DNA from: a virus
Reading direction: 5' to 3' (one strand)
IMG/VR virus record: IMGVR_UViG_3300020470_003436
Coordinates: 7,065-71,064 of that record
DNA length: 64,000 nucleotides
A program made the translations under genes and the position numbers. The first letter of the stretch is position 1. Each line of letters starts with the position of its first letter. Of the stretch, positions 50,598-60,067 are shown in pieces. The notes below the pieces were generated by a model that saw only the letters and a program-made list of their open reading frames with translations, did not search any database and was not told the DNA's origin.

Positions 50598-51047
50598 CTG
50601 CAGTTCTGATCCCGCTGCCGGATTTGCAAAAAGTGGCCAGTTTTGATTGTTTTTAAGAGCTCCCAGGCTTTCCCGGGGAGAGGTAAAAAGTGGTATGTTT
50701 TTGCGTTTTTTGGACTTTGGCAGCACTAGGGTCCAAATAAAAAAAGTGGTATAGTTTTTTCTTTTTCTTGAGCTACCCGGGCAGCTGTCTTCATAAAAAG
50801 TGGTATAGTTTTATCGTTTTTTGATTTTCCATCCCTGAGCTTCCAGGCTTGCTGCCGGATTTGCAAAAAAGGGGTGGTTTTTTCGTTTTTTGAAGAGCTC
50901 TGATCCATTTCATACTTACGGTCTTCTACAAAAATGAAAAAGGGGCCTACTTTTGTTCAAAATCCCCCCGGAAGCTGCTGAGCTCTCCGGGTGTCATTTA
51001 CAAAAGTGACCCACTTTTTACGTTTTTTGCTTTTACGCAGCTGAGCT
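50598..51047. repeat. non-coding array of seven degenerate A4-7-G(T/G)G..-T4-6 units with GC-rich spacers
   Basis: Units near 50628, 50685, 50739, 50795, 50865, 50937 and 51002; exact repeat GCTGCCGGATTTGCAAAAA at 50614 and 50851. Confidence 0.75.
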
Positions 51048-51196
51048 TAGAATCTACTTCGTAGTCGGAAGATTTCTCTTTCAAGTCCGTCTGACCATTG
51101 TAGATCATTTACGTTGCGGTATTTAGATGGAAGGCTGTGGCCTTTTGGGGCTTGTTTCTTTCCACCGAATACTAATTTCTTAGCTAATTTTTTCAT
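51047..51196 (-). CDS. small basic hypothetical protein
   Basis: AAGGAGG SD before ATG 51196. Confidence 0.6.
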   Translation of the reverse strand: MKKLAKKLVFGGKKQAPKGHSLPSKYRNVNDLQWSDGLEREIFRLRSRF

Positions 51197-51363
51197 TTCG
51201 CCTCCTTTTGTGGCAGTTGGTAATTTGTACATCAACTATTTAGTTTAGGGACACCATTGACTCTTTTTGCGATACTATAAGGTGATTGGTGTCACACCTG
51301 TTGCGTCCTAAGCTGGGCAGCTATATACTAAGTTTATATAAAAGTGCATAGTTTTTTACATTT

Positions 51364-51612
51364 ATGCCGTCCGCCCGGCAGCTGAGAAAAGAGATAAAAG
51401 TGCGTGATTTTTCAAACTTTAACAAAACGGGAAGACCGCCGAAACGGGCTGATGAAACACAAGACTTTGTTGGCATGAGTTTCCGAGTGTCACCTAAACT
51501 AAAGAATCTTTTACTTGAGATTTCCAAAGGGTATGACATATCTATGACTGAACTCCTGTTGATGATGGCCCTGAAAGAGGCCGGTAAAGAATCGTTGGAC
51601 GATTTAGATTAA
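51364..51612 (+). CDS. ribbon-helix-helix-like DNA-binding protein
   Basis: GRPPK..., MSFRVSPKLKNLL..IS...DISMTELL; the start may be GTG 51400. Confidence 0.65.
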   Translation: MPSARQLRKEIKVRDFSNFNKTGRPPKRADETQDFVGMSFRVSPKLKNLLLEISKGYDISMTELLLMMALKEAGKESLDDLD

Positions 51613-51614
51613 AA

Positions 51615-51956
51615 ATGGATGACAAGAACAAGATAGTACGAGTACATATCTCGTTGCCACTTGGTGTAAAAATGGTTTGCCAAGAGGCCGCTAAAGAATT
51701 AGGCATATCTACGTCAGAAGTCATCGCTCTAGCCGCTAGGGAGTACGCTAGGGACACCATTGGACTCCCTAGCAAAGCGCCCGAGGCTCCTATCCCTTCC
51801 GTTGCCGACGTGCTTCGCGATTATGTTGACGGCGTAGGTGCTCGTCTAATTGGACCCTGTGGAGAAGCGTGGTCACAGTGCGCATATGATCAAGAAACAC
51901 CCGAACGTGTCGGGTCAATGGAGTTCTGCGGTTCTTGTGGGGTCCGGACTGGCTAG
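51615..51956 (+). CDS. ribbon-helix-helix-like protein with Cys-rich C-terminus
   Basis: RVHISLP....AAKELGISTSEVI; C..C...CGSCG. Confidence 0.65.
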   Translation: MDDKNKIVRVHISLPLGVKMVCQEAAKELGISTSEVIALAAREYARDTIGLPSKAPEAPIPSVADVLRDYVDGVGARLIGPCGEAWSQCAYDQETPERVGSMEFCGSCGVRTG

Positions 51957-52276
51957 TCATCTGCTAACTCTCCGTCTCCGTACGTCCTGTAGAGTTCGTT
52001 TATGTCTCGTATGATGATGGGAGTATTCTCTCCTACATACGCTCCTTCTATATTGTAGGTAAAGTATTCGTTGGCTTCTAGGTGAGACATTCCGTCCTCA
52101 AACATTAGCGATTGTATGATAGCGGACTCACTGTACACTACCTTATGTGCACCGAACGCACCGCCGACGCCGATAATGGCACTGTCTAAGCCGTCCATAA
52201 AGAGTGCATCAGGGTTTAGTTCCTGTATGGCTTCCTCTGCTATTGCCCTCTTAGTCTTACCATTTACTGATAACAT
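51953..52276 (-). CDS. conserved phage hypothetical protein
   Basis: DGLDSAIIG..VVYS..EA.EYF.YNIEGAYVGENTP motif. Confidence 0.7.
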   Translation of the reverse strand: MLSVNGKTKRAIAEEAIQELNPDALFMDGLDSAIIGVGGAFGAHKVVYSESAIIQSLMFEDGMSHLEANEYFTYNIEGAYVGENTPIIIRDINELYRTYGDGELADD

Positions 52277-52281
52277 GTTAC

Positions 52282-52644
52282 TTACTCCTGTAACCATTCG
52301 TCCATCTCCTTTTTAGCTTTTGTTTCCTCGTAGTAAGTTTCTAAAAACTGCTCCACTTTTTCAGCGTTACGGAAGATGAGCGTAAGGTCGTGATACTTTT
52401 TCCCTAAAGGGTTATGCCCATTATGCCACGAGGATAGGGAGCAACCTTTTATAGCCTGTTTACAAGTCTCCATGCCATAGTTCTTAATGGCTATAGATAT
52501 CTTCTTGCTTCTGGCTTCGTCTAAGATAGTGTTTCCGTTCTTCTCAAACACTTCTATCCAGTAGTTAAACAATTCTTCTATCTCTGACGCAGTCACACCG
52601 TTTAAATGTGGTTCCACATCTCCGAACAAGTTTATTTCAGACAA
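52282..52644 (-). CDS. phage replication-initiator C-terminal-like domain protein
   Basis: LFNYW..R.KKI..AI.G...WHNG.N..L.LIFR..K pattern; AAGGAGG SD. Confidence 0.55.
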   Translation of the reverse strand: MSEINLFGDVEPHLNGVTASEIEELFNYWIEVFEKNGNTILDEARSKKISIAIKNYGMETCKQAIKGCSLSSWHNGHNPLGKKYHDLTLIFRNAEKVEQFLETYYEETKAKKEMDEWLQE

Positions 52645-52764
52645 GATTTGCTACCCTCCTTCCTTTATTCTACCGTATAATATGAATAGCGGTCAAGTCC
52701 GTTATTGGGGAATGTGAGTAGTGGCAGGAGTGAGAGGAGATCACTTCCTGCCACTAACTCGTTC

Positions 52765-54432
52765 CTATCTGGCGAGATGGAGTGTGAACATCTCTCTCCA
52801 TCGCTCCAGTATTCGTGGATTAGGCTTATCGCCTCGCTGGAGTCCCCTAAGGTACTCAATAGCACCCTCTGGTTCATACTCCATGTGTATCTTGTGCTTG
52901 AGGGCGAACTTGGCACATTCTAGTTCGTCCGACCACCCTTGACCGTGATAGCCTTCCTTGTAGCACATGCCGTCTGTTATCCAGATGACTGGTGCTTTAG
53001 CGTTCTGGCGCTTCTCAATAGCGTATTCTGCTACTGATAGGTCACACAAGTTTCCACCGTTTACTCTTGGAATATCGTCTACGATTTTACCCTTGTCTCC
53101 GAGTATCCAAGTATTAGGGTTCTCATGGCTTCCACCAGAGTATCCGATTATGAGACAGCCCTTGCTGGCTAGCATCATATCTTTTACCTGTTCTTTTGAG
53201 AGACTCATAGAACCAGACATGTCAATGATGACAACTCCACCAGATGCTTTGACGTACTTGTCAAAGATTCTTTTATCTGGGTCCGTAAGGAACCTGTGCA
53301 TGCGTCGTGGGTTCTTGCCCATGTTGGCAGGAACTCTACGCTTGCCTATAGCACCCTGTACGGTAAGTGAGCGAGTAGTAGGTCCAATTTTGACTGGTTG
53401 CCATTTTGCTTGTCCACCGTGTTCGTGAACCTTATCTCGCAAGATGTTCTTTGCAGTCTGTTGGATACCTGCTCTATCCACTTCTTGTGTCTCATCTTCT
53501 AGGTCTGATGGGTCACCTTCTGCTTTGCCATCACCCTTCATGGCTTCACCAGAGTTCTCACCCTGTTCTGCTCCGTCACCGTTCTCGTCTGATGCTCCAC
53601 CAGCGAGTTCGCCTTGACCCTCAACTTCTTCGCCTTCGCCTTCTTCGCCTTCTCCGGCTTCGTCAGAATCTTCTTGTTCATTGTAGCCAGTAGGAGGAGG
53701 CATCTCTGCTACTGCTTGGAGTAGCATAGCGAGTGCGATGGTGTGATTCATACCCACGATGGTTTCCAACTGAACATAGTTGTTTCCATCGTAGTATTCG
53801 TTTAGCGCCGTGCTACCCATGACTGCTAATGCGTCTTGTGTAGGTGTTGAGTTTACTCCCCACTTGCGCTTTTTAATTTCACGCACTTGTGACTTCATAA
53901 ACTTTTTGACTTCTTTAGCGAGGTCACGGAGCGCTGATGCCCAGTCAGGATTAACGCTTCGTACTCCAGAGATTAGTGGAGTAAGCCCACCAGTGAAGCA
54001 GGAAGCACCGACAGCGTATACTGCTGATGCCCAGTCCTCTGCTTGAGCGATAATCTTACCGTCATGCTTGTCTCCACCAGTGACCATAGACTTCATAGGG
54101 AAGCCTAGTTCATTAGCGATGAAGTTTACTCTGGCTTCTTCTGCCGAGCGAATAGCCTGCTCTGGAGTAAGTTCCGTAATGTATGGTGTAAGGTCTTGTG
54201 GGCTAATCTTAACGTGGATTTGCTCATGCGCCCTAATCGCTTGTGACAATTCAGAATCGTCTAGGGGTACTCGCATAACACGACCAGATACGGTAATGAA
54301 TGGTTCCCCTCTTACTGCTGGAGCATGCCCTACGTCCCAACCACCAGAATTTCTGATGTCGTTACGCCGGAATACTTCTGGCATAGGTCTGTTTCTAATT
54401 GTTGTTTCTTTTATTTGTTGTTCTACTGACAT
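52765..54432 (-). CDS. vWA-domain protein (CobT-like) with HExxH motif and acidic linker
   Basis: HEQIH, E/G-rich linker, MIDAS DMSGSM and WITDG. Confidence 0.85.
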   Translation of the reverse strand: MSVEQQIKETTIRNRPMPEVFRRNDIRNSGGWDVGHAPAVRGEPFITVSGRVMRVPLDDSELSQAIRAHEQIHVKISPQDLTPYITELTPEQAIRSAEEARVNFIANELGFPMKSMVTGGDKHDGKIIAQAEDWASAVYAVGASCFTGGLTPLISGVRSVNPDWASALRDLAKEVKKFMKSQVREIKKRKWGVNSTPTQDALAVMGSTALNEYYDGNNYVQLETIVGMNHTIALAMLLQAVAEMPPPTGYNEQEDSDEAGEGEEGEGEEVEGQGELAGGASDENGDGAEQGENSGEAMKGDGKAEGDPSDLEDETQEVDRAGIQQTAKNILRDKVHEHGGQAKWQPVKIGPTTRSLTVQGAIGKRRVPANMGKNPRRMHRFLTDPDKRIFDKYVKASGGVVIIDMSGSMSLSKEQVKDMMLASKGCLIIGYSGGSHENPNTWILGDKGKIVDDIPRVNGGNLCDLSVAEYAIEKRQNAKAPVIWITDGMCYKEGYHGQGWSDELECAKFALKHKIHMEYEPEGAIEYLRGLQRGDKPNPRILERWREMFTLHLAR

Positions 54433-54503
54433 TTTTTCTCCTCTTGTTCAGTAATACGAATATAGCATATATTTGGTTGCTTGTCAAGTCTTACCTAAGA
54501 AAT

Positions 54504-54536
54504 AGGGGAGGGTAGGCAACCACTCTACCCTCCCCT
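54504..54536 (-). terminator. stem-loop between the AAA and vWA genes
   Basis: AGGGGAGGGTAG/CTACCCTCCCCT 12-bp stem. Confidence 0.65.
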
Positions 54537-54576
54537 TAGCGGTACGGAGGGATAACCACTTCCTCCGTGTTTTGAA

Positions 54577-55281
54577 CTATTCCGTTCGGAAGGTATCTAT
54601 TTTGATTGCTTCCAAGAAGGCGTTTGCCCTCTCACCAAGAATCACCTTAGAGGCTTCCTGCTCTCCGATTTTACGAGAGAGTTGGTTAAGGGATTGAAAC
54701 AGTCGCAATGACATGCGCTCACTACCAGCGTCAGCCATACGAGATGCATAGTCTCTCCAGTGTGGAGGAAGCGTCTCTAGTGCTTCTGGGTGTGGACGGT
54801 CAATGCGTAGTCGCACTGGGAACCTGTCTACTAGTGCAGTAGGTAGTTCCTCAACATGTTCTACGTTAGTAGTCATTATGACTTTGAAACCCTGTTGGGG
54901 AGTATGAACTTCACCAGTGATAGGGTGTTCCCATGTAGCAGACCCATCAGAGTCAGTCATGTTAAGCAGGGTAGCGAATACGTCACCACCAGCCTTGTCA
55001 ATTTCGTCAATGACAAGTCTATGTCCTGCCCATGCTTTAATAGCGGAACCTTCTACATAGGAGAAACCCCCATCTGCGGAAGGTAGGAACCCACCAGTAA
55101 CGTCCATGTTAGTCATGTCGTCCGTGCAGGTTAGTCGGTATGCTTTGCCACCTTCAGGTTGGTAGGCGTGCATCGCCGTATATGTTTTGCCAGTTCCAGG
55201 AGGTCCAAAAAGAATCACCCTGTCTATTCCGGCTTCTAAAATGCTGTTGAATGTATCCCAACAGTTGCTTTCGGTACTCAT
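54577..55281 (-). CDS. MoxR/CobS-like AAA+ ATPase
   Basis: GPPGTGKT, LVIDEID, MTTN and ALVDRF. Confidence 0.9.
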   Translation of the reverse strand: MSTESNCWDTFNSILEAGIDRVILFGPPGTGKTYTAMHAYQPEGGKAYRLTCTDDMTNMDVTGGFLPSADGGFSYVEGSAIKAWAGHRLVIDEIDKAGGDVFATLLNMTDSDGSATWEHPITGEVHTPQQGFKVIMTTNVEHVEELPTALVDRFPVRLRIDRPHPEALETLPPHWRDYASRMADAGSERMSLRLFQSLNQLSRKIGEQEASKVILGERANAFLEAIKIDTFRTE

Positions 55282-55389
55282 CTAAACTCCTCTTGTTTAG
55301 TTGCTTTAGTTAAGCGACTTGCTCAACTTGTTAAACTCACTTTAGCATACTTTCGTTTGCTTGTCAAGTCTTTATCTGAATTATTTGCT

Positions 55390-55420
55390 GGTGGAGCAGA
55401 AAGCTTTTCTGCCCCACCAA
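55390..55420 (-). terminator. stem-loop after the DUF932 gene
   Basis: TGGTGGAGCAGAAA/TTTCTGCCCCACCA inverted repeat. Confidence 0.6.
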
Positions 55421-55453
55421 CAAGACCCACTATATCATAGGGGTGTGACATTC

Positions 55454-56362
55454 CTATACTAGCCCTCCTGCTAATGCTATTTCCTTGAAGGATTCGGTAA
55501 GTGATTGATTTCTCTCCGGCTTACGGAGAACGTCAATTTGCTTTTCCGCTTTTGCTTTTGTAGCAGTATGGAACTCATAGGATTGGAATGCGTTATATAG
55601 CGCCCAAGCGTTTTCGCCGACTCTATCCGCTTCCTCTTGATAGAAGTAGTCAATGGCTTCAATTCGTTTATCAGCGAAAGAAACCGCTTTACCACTTGCA
55701 TCTTCGTCAAGCGTAGGTAAGATTTGGTCACGGATACGTCGGTACGTTACTTGGTTGAAAGTTATCCCTCTCATGTAAGTAGCGTTAGATGTAAACGTGT
55801 CAAATACTGACGACGCTTGTGCTAGAACCAACGCTTTGCTAAATAGCATAGCATCGTGGTTCTTAGTTCGCTTTTGACTTAGTTGTAACAAACCCATAGG
55901 GATTTGGTTAGAACAGAATGGTCTGAAAGCGAAACCATATACCGCTGTCGCCCATGTGCTGTCAAGTGACCCAGTGTACATGAGATGACTTGTCACAGTA
56001 TCTCCTCCACCTAAGTCTTTTGACTCACCAAGTTCTTGGGTAAACATTACTTTCTCGCCGTTGCCGAGTAGTTTGAAGTCTACGCAAGAATTAGGGAACA
56101 TAGCGTCAGCCGTTTCATACAGAACTTTATATGAGTCTGCATGATACGTTTGTGATACTGCTGGATTCAGTAGAACTTGAGAACCGTCTGCTTTAGTTCT
56201 GTAGATGGTCCTAAATTGTGCTTCACCTTTGGACTCTGGAACTGTACCGTCAGGTAATGTCAGAGGCGCTTGTTCTGGCACAAATAAGGCATCAGCATCT
56301 AACGCAGAGTCTATGACGCTGGTTCCTGCTTCTACTTTATCCGATGAATCATACATTGGCAT
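55454..56362 (-). CDS. DUF932-family protein
   Basis: L.NGEKV, S.D, R..CSN and NAWALYNA..EFH motifs. Confidence 0.75.
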   Translation of the reverse strand: MPMYDSSDKVEAGTSVIDSALDADALFVPEQAPLTLPDGTVPESKGEAQFRTIYRTKADGSQVLLNPAVSQTYHADSYKVLYETADAMFPNSCVDFKLLGNGEKVMFTQELGESKDLGGGDTVTSHLMYTGSLDSTWATAVYGFAFRPFCSNQIPMGLLQLSQKRTKNHDAMLFSKALVLAQASSVFDTFTSNATYMRGITFNQVTYRRIRDQILPTLDEDASGKAVSFADKRIEAIDYFYQEEADRVGENAWALYNAFQSYEFHTATKAKAEKQIDVLRKPERNQSLTESFKEIALAGGLV

Positions 56363-56618
56363 TGTTGTTTGCTCCTAATTGTTAAGGTGGGGTTTTTCCC
56401 ACTAACCAAACCTTAGCATAGATTTGGTTGCTTGTCAAGTTTTATTTAAGATTTCTTTTAGTGGTACGATACGCCTCTTTGGTGAGGGTATGTCTTTTCA
56501 TGCACTCGGTAGCATGGAACACATATCTTACTTGTTCCATCATCTACATAGATTGCTGTCTCTGGGTCCACATTGGCTATGCCACAGTGGTCGCAAAGGT
56601 AAGGTGTAATATATCCCA

Positions 56619-56888
56619 TTAGTCAAATACTATGGTAACGCTTTTAACTCGCTTACCTTCCATGTCTGCGTAGACTGGATAGTTACCATCTCCGATATAT
56701 GTGCTAGTAGCAACTCCGAGTTCAATTTCGCCTGCGCCTTGTTCTATCGTAACATCACAAATGTCAAGATAAAGTTGGTTAAGGTTTTTGTCGTCGGTGT
56801 TATTGTCCGCTAATACATAGCATGGGTCAATTAACATTATTTGTCCGCTGTCCACTGGACAGTGACCTATTAGTTTTCCTTTTGGCAT
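56619..56888 (-). CDS. DUF4241-like small protein
   Basis: VDSGQ....DPCY and T..GDG.YPVY. Confidence 0.65.
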   Translation of the reverse strand: MPKGKLIGHCPVDSGQIMLIDPCYVLADNNTDDKNLNQLYLDICDVTIEQGAGEIELGVATSTYIGDGNYPVYADMEGKRVKSVTIVFD

Positions 56889-56992
56889 TTCTGCTCCTTC
56901 TCTTAGTGTCCCATCACTGTAGCACAGATAAAGTTTGCTGTCAAGTCATTCTTTGACTTGACAAGAGTTACACTGTGTGCTATAGTGCTTTT

Positions 56993-57280
56993 CGTGGTCA
57001 GTGCCACTAACTCTGGTCCATATTTGGAATACGAGTTAATAATGCAGACGGTAAGGGAGAGGGTTGGAATACCGGACTCCACCACAGACATATAAAAAGT
57101 ATGCACCTACTAAAAGGTGCTATGGGAGTTATTGCCCATAGGAAGGGGACCAAAGAAAGCACATAAGATGCCGGACGGTAAAGGGTTACAATAACCTACG
57201 GCAGTCGGACGAGAGCCTAGCGTACCTATGTCTTACGCGAAGCCAAAGCCCACGCTAGATATTCCCTCTCCTTCCTTTAG
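56993..57280 (+). ncRNA. candidate structured non-coding RNA (~290 nt)
   Basis: Consensus promoter (TTGACA 56958, TATAGT 56981), no SD-led ORF, and several complementary segments. Confidence 0.6.
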
Positions 57281-57470
57281 AGAGTGTGCGTAGGGACACC
57301 ATTGAGTGTTCTTGCGCACATTCCTATGTCTTTTTTTATAGCCCCGCATTAACGAAACGCTTAAGCCCCGATATTTTTTTCAGCTCCGGGACTATTAGAC
57401 TTAAAATAAGCGGGACTTCACTCTCCCTCTCTTTTTTTAAGCAGTTTTACTCCTTGCTTAGGGAGTGTCC

Positions 57471-57635
57471 TTAGATTGTGACTGGAGAACCTACTTCGTA
57501 AACGATGGGTTCTTGGTCGGTGGCTCGGAGCCATCTTACTTGCTCCTCAACTTCTGCAAGTGAGTCTGCAAGATAAAAAAAGTCGTCATCTTGTTCATCT
57601 AACACGATGTAACTTATGTGGTTTGCTAGTACCAT
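57471..57635 (-). CDS. small acidic hypothetical protein
   Basis: AAGGAG SD and its own TTGACA-17-TATAGT promoter. Confidence 0.65.
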   Translation of the reverse strand: MVLANHISYIVLDEQDDDFFYLADSLAEVEEQVRWLRATDQEPIVYEVGSPVTI

Positions 57636-57771
57636 TATTTCTTCTCCTTGTTGAAACCCACTATAGCATAGGGGTGTGACATTGTCAAGTCGGGCGCACA
57701 ATCGCGATTGTAGGCTGGCAAAGATTAGGTAAGACTTGACAGGGTAAAGAAAGTGTGCTACTATCGTAAAC

Positions 57772-58254
57772 ATGAAGAAAACTAAGAAACCCAACAAAAA
57801 CCATTGCTGTGGTCACTGCTCCTTAGCGGAGGACATCAAAGCAGGTAAAGTTAGATACAAGATAACATTTGGTCATTGCGAAGGACAATCATGCGCCCAC
57901 GACCCAAACTGGGGTCCAATGGAGAAGCGTGGTGGAGCGAAGCGCTGGGCTACTACAGAGGAAGCAATAGAGCATCTTGCTCGTTTATGCGCTAACGCTA
58001 AAGGGCACACTAATCCTAAAGATAGAGTAGTCGTGCCAGAGATTAGGCGTGAAGGACAACGTATCCTTAAAGCAGGAACTAATGTAACTGTTCAATTAAA
58101 GCGTAAGTCTGGTACGAAGCGTGACGATGGTTTCGTCATAGAGTGCTACGATGATAACTACGTTAAACTTTATGTGGGGTCGCTTAACGAACAGGTGACA
58201 GTGCTTGCTGACGAGTTCGTTAAAGCAAGACGAGGAACGACCAGAGTTCTGTAA
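57772..58254 (+). CDS. hypothetical protein (Cys/His N-terminus, SH3-like C-terminus)
   Basis: TTGACA-17-TACTAT-7-ATG. Confidence 0.65.
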   Translation: MKKTKKPNKNHCCGHCSLAEDIKAGKVRYKITFGHCEGQSCAHDPNWGPMEKRGGAKRWATTEEAIEHLARLCANAKGHTNPKDRVVVPEIRREGQRILKAGTNVTVQLKRKSGTKRDDGFVIECYDDNYVKLYVGSLNEQVTVLADEFVKARRGTTRVL

Positions 58255-58369
58255 TGTCACACCCATGTGCTATAGTGGTATTTATCAAGTCGGAAGGAAA
58301 ACTTAGATAAGACTTGACAAGCATAGCAAAGTGTGCTATGGTGTTATTTAACAACAACGAGGAGCAATA

Positions 58370-58753
58370 ATGAAATTATTTGATGACTTTCAAAGTGGTA
58401 CTTTCAAAAGAGAAGGGTATGACGGAAACATATCTGTCACACTCTCTGATGATGGTCGCTACATCTCAATCCATAGTGGAGACAATACTACTTCACGCAT
58501 AAAGAACATAACACTTCACCAGAGTGCAATTACTGGTAAAGTTGAAGTAAACATTATGTGGGGAGAGTTTATCTACACATACAACACTGACGAAGATATT
58601 TCGTTCGGTGACCTTCTAGCAATGTTCATAGTAACTGGTTTCTCTTTCGGAAAGTTTGGAAACTTTGTTAAGAAGAACTTTGAACTCACAAGCAAGTGGG
58701 ATATTCAAACACGAGCCCATGTTATATGGCGAGGCGAAAAGGTGGAAGCATAG
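58370..58753 (+). CDS. hypothetical early protein
   Basis: Promoter plus GAGGAG SD. Confidence 0.7.
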   Translation: MKLFDDFQSGTFKREGYDGNISVTLSDDGRYISIHSGDNTTSRIKNITLHQSAITGKVEVNIMWGEFIYTYNTDEDISFGDLLAMFIVTGFSFGKFGNFVKKNFELTSKWDIQTRAHVIWRGEKVEA

Positions 58754-59004
58754 TGAAAGCACCTGAAGGGTACACAATCACTCCACCTGACCATACTCCA
58801 CCTGAAGGCTATGCCTTCGGGGGAGTCTTAGGTAAGGTGATAAACTTCCTAGAAGAAAACGAACAGTACGGAGACGACTGGTCAGAAGAACTGACAGAAC
58901 TGCGTAGGTTTTGTACAGATGCGTCATACGTCGTGTCTGGCTGGGAAGATTTTGAACAACTAAACATTGAGGACACTATTGACGTATTAACGAGGCTCAT
59001 ATAA
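58753..59004 (+). CDS. hypothetical protein
   Basis: TAGTG coupling to the previous gene. Confidence 0.6.
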   Translation: MKAPEGYTITPPDHTPPEGYAFGGVLGKVINFLEENEQYGDDWSEELTELRRFCTDASYVVSGWEDFEQLNIEDTIDVLTRLI

Positions 59005-59210
59005 TGAGCGGTAAATACTACGACATAACGGTATCCAGAATGGAGCGCTATAAGGTTAGAGTCTTAGCGGATAACGCTGATGACGCTAAGGAGCGTGCCT
59101 TCACCTACGGAGTCCACATGAGCGGTGTGGAAGATTTAGGTAGGGTTTGTGTAGCGGAGTCTATCAAGATGAGCGTACCACAAGAACATTACAATCCAGA
59201 TAAGGTTTGA
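59004..59210 (+). CDS. hypothetical protein
   Basis: TAATG coupling; V.A...DA.E.A motif. Confidence 0.6.
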   Translation: MSGKYYDITVSRMERYKVRVLADNADDAKERAFTYGVHMSGVEDLGRVCVAESIKMSVPQEHYNPDKV

Positions 59211-59258
59211 CAAAGTAAACAATCTGTGCTATACTGGCACTAACAAAAGGAGACAAAT

Positions 59259-60011
59259 ATGCCAAATTGGTGTGAAAACTATTTAGAAGTAAGCGGACCT
59301 AAAGACGACGTGCAATCATTCTTTGAGCGCATACAGTCAGGGGTAGAAGAAGATGAGAACGGTAAGAAGCAAGTAATTTTTGACCTTACTGACAATCTAA
59401 TGCCTATGCCTGAAGTTTTACGAGGCACACGCTCACCAGTACCTACAGGAGAGTTTGACGCAGATGGTCAGTACATGGAACTTGTTGAAGATGAATCTAA
59501 CGAGTTTTGGACTCCAGAGAAATACGAGGAACGTAAGAAAGAACATAACGACCTCGTAGCGCAAGCAGAGAAAGCGAAAGCGGAGACTGGCTACTCTGAC
59601 TGGTATCACTGGGCGAATAGCATGTGGGGAACCAAATGGGGTTCTTGTGACATGCGTTGGAACGGTGGCGAAAACATAGACGAAGAAACTGGAATTGGTA
59701 CTAGGTTCTTTGAGTACGAAACAGCGTGGGGTCCACTACAGGAGGACTTCTGGCTGTCAGTATCAGAGATGTTCCCTACCCTAAAGTTCACTATCTACTA
59801 TGAAGAACACGGTATGTGCTTTCACGGAATAGACTCTTACCACGAGAGTGATGTTGTCTACTCCATGTCAGACGACCTGCCTCAACCAAGCGAGGACATG
59901 TCAGACGATGAGCAAGAGTCCTTCTATGACGGAGAAAACTACTACGAACTGATAGAGGCTAAGACTACTGAATGGTACAAGCAAATAGAAAAGGTCTATC
60001 AAGAAGTATAA
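59259..60011 (+). CDS. DUF1281/YubB-like ferredoxin-fold protein
   Basis: MPNWCEN, WY.W...WGTKW, ETAWGP and YEE.GMCF.G. Confidence 0.8.
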   Translation: MPNWCENYLEVSGPKDDVQSFFERIQSGVEEDENGKKQVIFDLTDNLMPMPEVLRGTRSPVPTGEFDADGQYMELVEDESNEFWTPEKYEERKKEHNDLVAQAEKAKAETGYSDWYHWANSMWGTKWGSCDMRWNGGENIDEETGIGTRFFEYETAWGPLQEDFWLSVSEMFPTLKFTIYYEEHGMCFHGIDSYHESDVVYSMSDDLPQPSEDMSDDEQESFYDGENYYELIEAKTTEWYKQIEKVYQEV

Positions 60012-60067
60012 CTTGACAGATAACCTTATCTGTGCTATAGTGGTTTCTAACAACAAGAGGAGACAAA

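Noticed and set aside
50598-51047. CRISPR mini-array
   Set aside because: Repeats are degenerate homopolymer-rich units of variable length, spacers share motifs with each other, and no cas genes are present.
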